From positions 204,363 through 268,362 of the forward strand of contig CAVOVB010000010.1 in NCBI GenBank assembly GCA_963699755.1: DNA of 64,000 nucleotides, given 5' to 3'. Of the stretch, positions 56,396 to 64,000 are shown one piece after another. The position numbers were made by a program, and so were the translations under genes. The notes beneath the pieces were generated by a model that did no database searches, was not told where the DNA came from, and was given only the letters and a program-made list of their open reading frames with translations. How positions within the stretch are numbered: the stretch's first letter is position 1; every line of letters begins with the position of its first letter. This DNA comes from an uncultured delta proteobacterium. GTDB lineage: Bacteria > Myxococcota_A > Polyangia > Polyangiales > Houyiibacteriaceae.

Positions 56396-58717
56396 TTAGA
56401 GCCCAGCGGCGGACTCGAAGGCGTCTAGCTTCTGAGCGATGTCTTCAGGCGTCGAAGCGTTCGCTACGTCGTGTAGGAACTCGAACAGATCGGCCTGGGA
56501 CATCGTATCCACGGCCGCCTCGAACAGCGCATGGGTCTCGGGCGATTCGGCGCGGGCACGAATCACGCCTGCGGACTCGAGGTCGCGGATGGCGGCCTGC
56601 TGTGCGGCCGTCGCGTCGGGATTGAACCTCGCTTCGGCTTCAGCGTATTGTGCCACGAGATCCGGGCCGAACACGGCGTCCTTGTCCTTCGTCCCGAAGA
56701 TCGCGAAGTACGTGTCTCGACCAAGCAGCTCCGCCAGCGCGATCTGGGCCTCCGGGCTGCGCACCAGGTGCGCCAACGCTCGGTCCCCCTCAGCTCGCGG
56801 AGTGCTGTCGCTAGCGATCACGCGCGCCAACTCTTGGAGGCCACGATGGAATTTCGGAAGACGTCCTTCGATGAGTGGTGGCCGCGGTGCGTTGAACATC
56901 TCCTCGATCGGCGGGGGCACATACCCCTCGGTCAGTAACTTGCCAGCGATCAGCAGCGACACTCGCTCGTTCATGCGACACATCGTCAAGTGCATTTCGC
57001 AGTCAGCGAGGGTCGCGTCGGTGTACTCGCTCTGCCACTGCTCGAAGCCCATCTCTCCGATCGCTCCCACGGCCTCCCAGTGATGCTGGCCGGTCGTGAT
57101 TGGGATCCCGTTGTTCACCAAACTGCACTCCCCACGACCCTTTGCGGCCAGCCACTCTTCGTAGAGCACGTCGTTGACACACCTGTCGTAGTTATAAGCG
57201 CAGTTCCCTTGGTTCTCGGGCGGCAGGTAGGCCGCTGGATCGGCGAAGCTCTCGACGAACTCGCGGTTGCACTGGACGACATCGAAGTACTTCCTGCTCG
57301 AGGTTCCTCCATGGGTAGCCCAGTAGTCCAAACGACCGCACAGTTCATCGAGGCAGCCGGCCGGATCGCTCCACTCGTAGCAGGCCAACCGGGCGTCGTT
57401 CAGCCAGGCCTCCTCGATGACCTCCGCACAGAACTCCTGGCCGCACTCCAGGAACGCGGCGTAGGAGTCGAAGGCTCCCGGCTGCGTCGCAAGGTCCCAG
57501 CTCTCCTTCAGCGCCGGCAGCGTCTGGGCCGCGGCCTTGGCATCCGCGCAGTAGCTCTCGAGGTAGGTATCGTCGACGCCCGGGACGCAGGCCTCCAGGG
57601 ACCGGTCGAACTCCTCCGCCATCTGTCCGTATGAGGCTTGCGGTAGCGGTACCCCGGCATCGAGATCCGCGATGGCATCGAGACAACTTTGACGATTTCG
57701 CGCGTTGACGCCAGCATTTGCGGCACGGATCTCCTCATCACACGCTTTCAAGCCAGGAGGCGCCACGAAGTCGTCTGGATTGCACACTTCCTCACACAGC
57801 CATCGCGCGCCGGCGAAGAAATCTACCGCGAAAAACACGCCGTCGTAGTTCCAAAACGAGTTCGGTGGCCAGATGTAACTCTCCACGGGGTGGTAGATCG
57901 TCGGGGTCGGGACGATGAAGTTCGAGCTGAGCTTCCGCTGCATCGATTCAGCAGCGCGCAGACGCTCAAACTTGGAGAGGTACGGGATGTAGCCGCAGGT
58001 GCCAGACGGGAACCTCCGAACCAGGAGCTCGTTGGTGTCTGGATCCTTGCGATAGGTCCCTACGGCGTTCGCGAGGTAGCCGATCTGCCAGGTCTGCGCG
58101 TTGTCATCGCCATAGGCCGTGTCACACGACATGTTGGCGGGACACAACCAATCCCACACATGCCCCTGCCACTCGTGCACCGTTTCGTGCACCAGTGTGC
58201 TCGACCGCTCGACCACGCCGAGCCAGCCGAAGAACTTGTAGTGGAGTTGAGTCGGAGCCTTGTAGCGGTTGGTGGCGTTGGCGCCGAACTCACACGTGGC
58301 GACGTAGCCCTCCTCGTGTTTGGGATAGACAAAGTCACCCAACCACCAGTGGATGAAGTTGGGTCGCGTGGTGTTCGCGGCGTGATACGAGATCTGGTCC
58401 ATCAGAAACGCGGCGTTCATCAGCCGAATCACATAGCTATTTGGACTGCACTGGAGCGCGCCATCGTGGAGCGCGAGGTTGTCCCAATAGGCGCCGTTGA
58501 CCCCCAAGTGCAGTGAGTTCCAGAAGTGCGTGTAGTTCGCGGCGACGTTGGGGTCGCCGGCGCACCACAGCTGCGCCATGTCGTTGTCCATGCTGACGGC
58601 GGCGTCCAACCATGTCCAGCCGGCGTAATCGGGGACGCACTGGTCGGCCTCGGCTGTCTGCGCGACGAACATCACCACCGCGACGCCAGCAAGTATGAGC
58701 TTCATTTTGGTGAACAT
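56396..58717 (-). CDS. Secreted Cys-rich putative zincin metalloprotease
   Basis: Signal peptide (AEA|D), RSSTLVHETVHE (HExxH), many Cys; GGGAGG RBS. Confidence 0.7.
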   Translation of the reverse strand: MFTKMKLILAGVAVVMFVAQTAEADQCVPDYAGWTWLDAAVSMDNDMAQLWCAGDPNVAANYTHFWNSLHLGVNGAYWDNLALHDGALQCSPNSYVIRLMNAAFLMDQISYHAANTTRPNFIHWWLGDFVYPKHEEGYVATCEFGANATNRYKAPTQLHYKFFGWLGVVERSSTLVHETVHEWQGHVWDWLCPANMSCDTAYGDDNAQTWQIGYLANAVGTYRKDPDTNELLVRRFPSGTCGYIPYLSKFERLRAAESMQRKLSSNFIVPTPTIYHPVESYIWPPNSFWNYDGVFFAVDFFAGARWLCEEVCNPDDFVAPPGLKACDEEIRAANAGVNARNRQSCLDAIADLDAGVPLPQASYGQMAEEFDRSLEACVPGVDDTYLESYCADAKAAAQTLPALKESWDLATQPGAFDSYAAFLECGQEFCAEVIEEAWLNDARLACYEWSDPAGCLDELCGRLDYWATHGGTSSRKYFDVVQCNREFVESFADPAAYLPPENQGNCAYNYDRCVNDVLYEEWLAAKGRGECSLVNNGIPITTGQHHWEAVGAIGEMGFEQWQSEYTDATLADCEMHLTMCRMNERVSLLIAGKLLTEGYVPPPIEEMFNAPRPPLIEGRLPKFHRGLQELARVIASDSTPRAEGDRALAHLVRSPEAQIALAELLGRDTYFAIFGTKDKDAVFGPDLVAQYAEAEARFNPDATAAQQAAIRDLESAGVIRARAESPETHALFEAAVDTMSQADLFEFLHDVANASTPEDIAQKLDAFESAAGL

Positions 58718-58736
58718 GACCAGGCCCTCCCTGCGC

Positions 58737-59450
58737 TCAGTCGACCCGATTGAGCAAGTAGTGCGCCGATGGCGGTAGTCGCGTTTTCATCACGCGCTTC
58801 GCGCGCCAGCGTTCTAGGCTGGCCGCGTAGTACGCAGCGATCGCCGGCGGGCGAATCAGGCGATCACCGGTCTCCACGATCGTCAGCAAGCGGTCTTTTG
58901 CGAGCGCTTCGCCGCTCATCGCCATCCGCGCCAGCTCCGAGACGGCATGGTGCCGAACCATCAGGAGGAAGTCCCGGTCGCGCGATGGCTCGTGGCTTTC
59001 CTCCAGTGCCGTCGCCTCCGGCAACGTCATCGTCGCGACACCGGTCAGGTAGTCGAAACCACGTTCGGTCGACGCCTCGGCGAGCAGGTGGAAAAGGATC
59101 CGCCGCGCCCGCTCGTTCGTGGCCGCCACCGCATCGAGCTCAAGGAGAAGCCGGTCGGTGACCTCGGCGCCGTCAGCGCGGATGGCCTGACGCGCCGCCG
59201 CCGCACGATCATCGAGCGCTGCCCATTGCTCCGCGCTCGTCGGACGGGCCATGAAGGTCTGATAAAGCTCATCGATCGCCTCGTCCGTGGCGTCGGCGCG
59301 CCCCTGGAACGAGAACGTAGATCCTGCCCCTTCGGGCACCGGGAGCACCGGAGACTCTGCGGCAGGCGAATCCTTGCATCCAAGCGCCGGGAGCAGCGAA
59401 GACCAAATCGCTCCGACCGCCAACGCTACCCGTGAAAGGGAACACTGCAT
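58737..59450 (-). CDS. Helical (HEAT-like) lipoprotein
   Basis: ALGC lipobox; GGAGGG RBS; 19 bp upstream of 773-aa gene. Confidence 0.7.
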   Translation of the reverse strand: MQCSLSRVALAVGAIWSSLLPALGCKDSPAAESPVLPVPEGAGSTFSFQGRADATDEAIDELYQTFMARPTSAEQWAALDDRAAAARQAIRADGAEVTDRLLLELDAVAATNERARRILFHLLAEASTERGFDYLTGVATMTLPEATALEESHEPSRDRDFLLMVRHHAVSELARMAMSGEALAKDRLLTIVETGDRLIRPPAIAAYYAASLERWRAKRVMKTRLPPSAHYLLNRVD

Positions 59451-59485
59451 GAAACCCTCCTACCAAGATCAGTGCCATCCAAGGC

Positions 59486-59586
59486 TGCAAGCATTGTACC
59501 AACTCCCTGGTCGCGGTTCTGCTAGCTTCTGGGCCGCGCCCGGCGCACCATCTGCAGATTCGCGACCTTCGACGCAGGATTTGCGG
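59486..59586 (-). promoter_or_regulatory. Sigma54 promoter with two upstream boxes
   Basis: TGGTACA-ATGC-TTGCA (59501-59486); GCGCA-CCATC-TGCAG 59543-59557; ACGCA-GGATT-TGCGG 59572-59586. Confidence 0.72.
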
Positions 59587-59645
59587 TTCGGCGAGGGGAC
59601 GTCCAACGACCCGTCGATCGATCCTCCATGCTCGTCGCCGCTGCG

Positions 59646-60548
59646 CTAGGGTGAACGCTGCCAGACTCCATTGAAAATCAGACGTGTCGGAAACGCCAAG
59701 CAATCGGGCCAGGGTTCGCAGTCGATGGGAGTTGTCGACAGCTCGTCGCCGGCGATTGAGAACCTCAGCTCTTCATACCTTTCACGCAGAACCCTAATCG
59801 CGGTTGAAGTCTCCCACCAGCTACGGAGCTTCCCGTCGTCCTCCTCGAGCAGCCCGAATTGCGTCACGGTGTTCGGCGCGACCAGGTCCGAGCAATCCGA
59901 ATTCTGGTGAAAAGCGAAGCTGAGGTTGGCTTCCGCGACGTGACGAGGGGAAATTGAAAGCCGAACTTCGTAGTGGATCGTCACGAAGACTGGGGGATCG
60001 CCCGGTATGACCATAGAGTCGCAGTCCCGCGACCGCTCCCAGTTTCCGACGGTCGTCACCGGCCATGCGGGTGCTCGCATCGCCAAGATCTCCTCAGGCG
60101 GCGGTGCCGTTCTCATGTTGCGCGAATCGGAAGGGTTCCATGTCAGAGAGAGGTTGTCACCATCGAGGTCCGCCGTGTACACACTGACATCGCCGGCTTC
60201 TTCGGTCAGCACCCATTGTTGGCCGTCGAGCGCAACCTCGTCTTCTCGAGAGATCAGTGCGCCTTGCGGCACTTCGTTTTCTAGCAGCACCTGGCGGATC
60301 GACACCACGCCGCTGCTCTCCGTAGTGGGCGTGAAGAGCACGTCACCCCGCACGGCGAGAGGCGACCCGTCACGCTGAACCGTTTGTGTCGTCATACCTA
60401 CCTGCGCCGTCACCGATGTGATCAGCCAAAGCCCCTCGAACTCGGAAGCGATGGGAGGGTGCGCGTCGGAGCCGCAGCCGGAGACCAGAAATCCGCAGAG
60501 GAAAGCGAGTGGCCAAATCGCAATGCATCGAAGAATAGAGCTATTCAT
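59646..60548 (-). CDS. Hypothetical lipoprotein (two lipocalin-like beta domains)
   Basis: VSGC lipobox, FEGLW and VGNW motifs; GGAGGG RBS. Confidence 0.7.
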   Translation of the reverse strand: MNSSILRCIAIWPLAFLCGFLVSGCGSDAHPPIASEFEGLWLITSVTAQVGMTTQTVQRDGSPLAVRGDVLFTPTTESSGVVSIRQVLLENEVPQGALISREDEVALDGQQWVLTEEAGDVSVYTADLDGDNLSLTWNPSDSRNMRTAPPPEEILAMRAPAWPVTTVGNWERSRDCDSMVIPGDPPVFVTIHYEVRLSISPRHVAEANLSFAFHQNSDCSDLVAPNTVTQFGLLEEDDGKLRSWWETSTAIRVLRERYEELRFSIAGDELSTTPIDCEPWPDCLAFPTRLIFNGVWQRSP

Positions 60549-60609
60549 GCACCCTCCATCTCACGTCGCCGTTTCTTTCGCTTCGCAGGGCGCCATCAGG
60601 ATCCAGCCA

Positions 60610-60781
60610 AGCATCTCCTGTGCCAACGCCGATCCGAACCAACTTCCCAACCTTTGCCACGATGTTGAACGCACCGGCTGCGTCTCGGCAGCAGAATTCG
60701 AAAATCTTGCGCCACGAAACTGTCGTGCCTGCCGCGATCTTGCCCCCTTTCGACACTCGTCCCAGTGGTCCGGATCTTGCT
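60610..60781. promoter_or_regulatory. Divergent sigma54 promoters sharing two boxes
   Basis: TGGCACA-GGAG-ATGCT (minus, 60625-60610); TGGTCCG-GATC-TTGCT (plus, 60766-60781); ACGCA-CCGGC-TGCGT 60669-60683; TCGAA-AATCT-TGCGC 60698-60712. Confidence 0.75.
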
Positions 60782-60831
60782 CGTAGTCGCTGGCGCGGAC
60801 GCGAGGTGTCCGCGTCGCTGGATGGAGGCCG

Positions 60832-61587
60832 TTGGTGGCAAGGTTCTTTCGGGGTTGTGCGCTGGTTTTTGTTCTGCCGGTGATCCTAAGCCTGGTTGTC
60901 GCCGGCTGCGGTACCCAAGGTGAGAGCGGCGAGGCGGGTGGCGCTGGCGGCAGTGATTTGGCTCCTTTGGAAGGCGTATGGTTCGGGCTTGCCCTTGGCT
61001 CCTTGGCCGGCAACGTGGCGTTGATCGTCGACGACGTTGGGAACCTCGACCAAGTGCTCGTAGACGGGGTGCCAACTGGAACGACCGGGACCTTTGCAAA
61101 GCTCGAAGATGAGATCTTCGCGCTCGTTCCCGCTGTCCGCACGCCATCGATCCTTCTGACCGATGGAACTTTCGACCACGGGTTCTTTCTACGGGACAGC
61201 CTGGTGTCAGCGCTCGAGAAGGACCCGCCACCGGGATCGTCAAGCTTCTCGGAAAACGACGTCGTAGGCCGGTGGTCGGGATACGGCTACGCATACGACG
61301 CTGCCACCAGTCAGTACGAAAAGGACAGTCCGGTGGAGGTCTTGATCTCCCTAACGTTCCCCTCCTCGACCAGGACCTTCGAAGTCACCCTCTCCGGAGG
61401 CGCCACGATCGAAGGAACGATCTTAGATTTCGAGGAGGATTCGGGATTCTGGTTCGGCGCCACAAACTCGGGTGTCGATGTCGCGATCGCCATGAGTGTC
61501 GACAAAGAGTTCGTTGGCGTGTTGACCGCATTCCCATCGGCACCTGATTCACAGCGCTTCATCTACTTTGCCCTCAACAAGTTGTGA
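60832..61587 (+). CDS. Hypothetical lipoprotein
   Basis: VAGC lipobox, GGAGG linker, LEGVW and VVGRW repeats; GGAGG RBS. Confidence 0.72.
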   Translation: MVARFFRGCALVFVLPVILSLVVAGCGTQGESGEAGGAGGSDLAPLEGVWFGLALGSLAGNVALIVDDVGNLDQVLVDGVPTGTTGTFAKLEDEIFALVPAVRTPSILLTDGTFDHGFFLRDSLVSALEKDPPPGSSSFSENDVVGRWSGYGYAYDAATSQYEKDSPVEVLISLTFPSSTRTFEVTLSGGATIEGTILDFEEDSGFWFGATNSGVDVAIAMSVDKEFVGVLTAFPSAPDSQRFIYFALNKL

Positions 61588-61613
61588 TGAGGGGTCAAGA
61601 GGAGGAACTTCCA

Positions 61614-63152
61614 ATGAAACACAAATCTATCAAGGCCGTTGTCGTTCTCGCTGGCACGCTTTCACTATCGGGCCTCGGCTGCGATTCTGATGGTCCTGGC
61701 ATGCAAGTTCAGGACATTGGCGACGGAGTCCTCGTGACCCTCGATCGTGGCAACCTCATTTCTGAGCGCCCGGTCGGTGACTCGGGGCGTCTCGACGGTC
61801 TGGTGAACTACCTCCGCTCCCATCCAGAGTTGTTCGGCCCGCAGGAGGTCGAGCCCGCGGCGCTGACCTTCGTCGAAGGCATCGATCAGGAACGTATCAG
61901 CAATGAAGCCGGGGAGACCTACACGTTGGTCGCGCTCCGCCAGACGCACATGGAGGCCCCGGTCATCGATGAGGTGCAGATGGCGGCATTCCTGGAGACC
62001 ACAGACGGGGATCAGCTTCGTCGCGTGCGAGGCAAGGTGCGCGATCCTTCAAGCTTGCCCACGCCTCCAGACGCCGCCTCTCGAGATGGCGTGGAGCCCA
62101 TCGCGGCTCAGCTCATCGAAGAATTTGCTTTGTCAGCCGACCGGACGGTGATCAGTGAGGCCCCGGTGATCTCTGCAAAGCAAGACATCGCCGGCTATCT
62201 TGTCTCACAGTTCAGGCCTTCGGCGAGGGGCGGATTTGACGTCTTCGAGGCCGTCGTGGATCCGCGCGATGGACGGGTCGCCGTGTTCACCGACCAGCCG
62301 GCCTGTGAGCTGACACCGTTGCCCCCCGGAGCCCTCGTCGGGGATGGGCTTTCCGTGTCATTTGAGCCTCCGTTCTTGGAAGGCATCAGGTCCATTCCGA
62401 TTCACGCGGTGCAGCTGTCGGACGCCAATGGTTCCAATCTTGCCCCGATCACGCGCCAGCAGGTGCGCCAGTGGGTGAATGCTGCCAACTCCGTTTGGTT
62501 CTCCGAGGCGAGCATCTTCTTCGACTTCGATGAGTCGGTCGGCTCAGCCGACTTCGAGAGGTGGAATGCAACGCTTCTCAACACTCTTCCCCCGGACGAG
62601 GCTGGCCATTTCACCTACCGAACAGCCGCAAACGTTTGGGCGCTGCTCTTTCACCACAAGAAAGTGGTGGTGTTCTTTCGCGCGAACGGCGGTCTCGGCT
62701 TCAGTTGGGGACCGACGAGCAACTTCTTCGTCTCGATGCCGAGTTATACGGATACGGGGGTCTTCAAACCTGACGACGGTGGCTGGGTTCCCAACGACAC
62801 GCTGCTATCACACGAGCTCGGCCATTACTTCGGATTGGCGCATCCGTTTGGCGACGTGGCCTGTATCGATGCAAGACTGGCCAATAGCAATGGCGATGCT
62901 GGCGGCCAGAACCCAGACACCGCAGCAGACGACGTAGGGGACACAAACCCGGATGTCACCGATGCCTGTGTTCCGACAGATTCCCTCACATGTGCAGGTG
63001 GCACACTCGGGTACAACGACGAACTGTGGGATCCACCCTGGACCAACGTCATGAGCTATCACGACTGCCTACCCGAGGACTTCACAGACGATCAGGTCGC
63101 CGTGATCAACCTGACACTGCAGCACCCAGTGCGGGCAAATCTGATTCGATGA
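61614..63152 (+). CDS. Lipoprotein metzincin (M43/pappalysin-like) with propeptide-like N-terminus
   Basis: GLGC lipobox; HELGHYFGLAH; V.DT; Met-turn NVMSY; GAGGAGG RBS. Confidence 0.82.
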   Translation: MKHKSIKAVVVLAGTLSLSGLGCDSDGPGMQVQDIGDGVLVTLDRGNLISERPVGDSGRLDGLVNYLRSHPELFGPQEVEPAALTFVEGIDQERISNEAGETYTLVALRQTHMEAPVIDEVQMAAFLETTDGDQLRRVRGKVRDPSSLPTPPDAASRDGVEPIAAQLIEEFALSADRTVISEAPVISAKQDIAGYLVSQFRPSARGGFDVFEAVVDPRDGRVAVFTDQPACELTPLPPGALVGDGLSVSFEPPFLEGIRSIPIHAVQLSDANGSNLAPITRQQVRQWVNAANSVWFSEASIFFDFDESVGSADFERWNATLLNTLPPDEAGHFTYRTAANVWALLFHHKKVVVFFRANGGLGFSWGPTSNFFVSMPSYTDTGVFKPDDGGWVPNDTLLSHELGHYFGLAHPFGDVACIDARLANSNGDAGGQNPDTAADDVGDTNPDVTDACVPTDSLTCAGGTLGYNDELWDPPWTNVMSYHDCLPEDFTDDQVAVINLTLQHPVRANLIR

Positions 63153-63576
63153 AGAGAAAGCATTTCGGTCGCGCGCGCTGGGCAATCGTCATTCTTACTG
63201 CTACGGGATCCATCCCTGGAGCCCAGCTAGGGAAAGGCATGCGGACAGCGATTTGAAGCCGCCCTACCGCGACTTGGCCGAGACTCCTGATATGAGAAAA
63301 GTGGAGGTCGTCGCGCCGGCTGCCGGGTTCGACTCCCGCACGTCCAGCCGTCGGCAACGCACGTGAGGGTCCGAGTTCCGTCCGATTGGTCCCCTCGCGA
63401 TCATCACAACTCACATCTCGCAACGGACCACGTTGAGAGAAACGACGACCGTTTGTCGCGAACCTTGGCGCCCTATGGAAACCTGTTTCGGACCATCGGA
63501 CCCCGCGTACGCTGTGCCAGCGGCGCGAGGCGGAAGGGATGGCTCGAACTGCGCGCATCGGGACTGCCGAAAGTCC

Positions 63577-63745
63577 CTGGATCTCTGGGGTTTTCGCCAC
63601 GCTTCGTCCGGCGATGTTGCCTGAAAGAGTGGACATTTGAGCGGTTTGGCGTATATGGCGGGCCGCACCGACGAGCACGACTCGAGTCGGTGCATCACCC
63701 GCAGATCGACGACGCACACGAGGTAATGAACGAGCGATTTCCTCC
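63577..63745 (+). pseudogene. Decayed tyrosine-recombinase/integrase C-terminal fragment
   Basis: LDLWGFRHAS...*KSGHLSGLAYMAGR then frameshifted STT / VHHPQ; resembles HxLRH..LGH..TT..Y boxes; abuts tRNA. Confidence 0.5.
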
Positions 63746-63749
63746 ATTC

Positions 63750-63769
63750 GGCACACGAACTGGCACACG
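63750..63769 (+). repeat. Direct repeat GGCACACG x2 (integrase arm-site-like)
   Basis: GGCACACG at 63750 and 63762. Confidence 0.55.
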
Positions 63770-63824
63770 GGCCACGGAGAGCGATGGGGAATCAATGAAA
63801 ATACGAATGGGATTTCGGGTACTT

Positions 63825-63897
63825 GGGCTGTTAGCTCAGTTGGTAGAGCAGCGGACTTTTAATCCGACGGTCCAGGGTTCGATCCCCTGACGGCCCA
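63825..63897 (+). tRNA. tRNA-Lys (TTT)
   Basis: GGGCTGT/ACGGCCC acceptor, GCTC/GAGC D-stem, loop CTTTTAA, CAGGG-TTCGATC-CCCTG; CCA not encoded. Confidence 0.95.
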
Positions 63898-63927
63898 CCC
63901 TAGAGGCGCAAGCCTCACTTGCTTATT

Positions 63928-64000
63928 GTCCCCATCGTCTAGTGGCCCAGGACCCCGGCCTTTCACGCCGGTAACCGGAGTTCAAACCTCCGTGGGGACG
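63928..64000 (+). tRNA. tRNA-Glu (TTC)
   Basis: GTCCCCA/TGGGGAC acceptor, CCGGC-CTTTCAC-GCCGG, CGGAG-TTCAAAC-CTCCG. Confidence 0.95.

Noticed and set aside
59462..59477. TGGCACT-GATC-TTGGT as the sigma54 promoter
   Set aside because: Lacks the -12 GC and abuts the RBS; the site at 59486-59501 fits the consensus and box spacing
1..64000. CRISPR array, rRNA, intact transposase or anti-phage operon
   Set aside because: No regularly spaced repeats or recognisable cas, transposase or defence motifs seen by eye

Overview
GC-rich bacterial chromosome segment; gene style suggests Myxococcota/Polyangia (inference). 1-23.7 kb is mostly housekeeping: glpD, cysC, mltG, ruvX, thrC, smpB, comF, rlmH, rsfS, proA, proB, pilD, dnaE and a well-conserved mutH. 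About 24-54 kb is an accessory stress/low-oxygen block: ftsH, ilvA, a complete anaerobic Ni-CODH operon (cooF-cooS-cooC-FAD/NAD oxidoreductase), CDF transporter, HAD-ATPase fusion, hemerythrin, PIMT-erythromycin esterase, Hsp20, PolX, P-type ATPase, USP, DUF1003, GT8-GH13, dodecin, rtcA and endonuclease V. About 54.4-63.8 kb is a lipoprotein/metalloprotease-rich, island-like block ending in a decayed integrase just upstream of tRNA-Lys(TTT) and tRNA-Glu(TTC). The strongest hidden signal is non-coding. At least seven sigma54 (-24/-12) promoters occur here, and four share one architecture: RCGCA-N5-TGCGY-type palindromes starting 41-44 bp and 70-73 bp upstream of the -24 element. This links the CO dehydrogenase operon, stress genes and secreted island genes into one putative enhancer-binding-protein regulon, probably responding to low O2. 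Also notable: a CXXC ([2Fe-2S]-type) D-cluster CODH, and an in-frame TGA followed by a SECIS-like hairpin in the DUF1003 gene. All family calls are by motif recognition; no searches were run.
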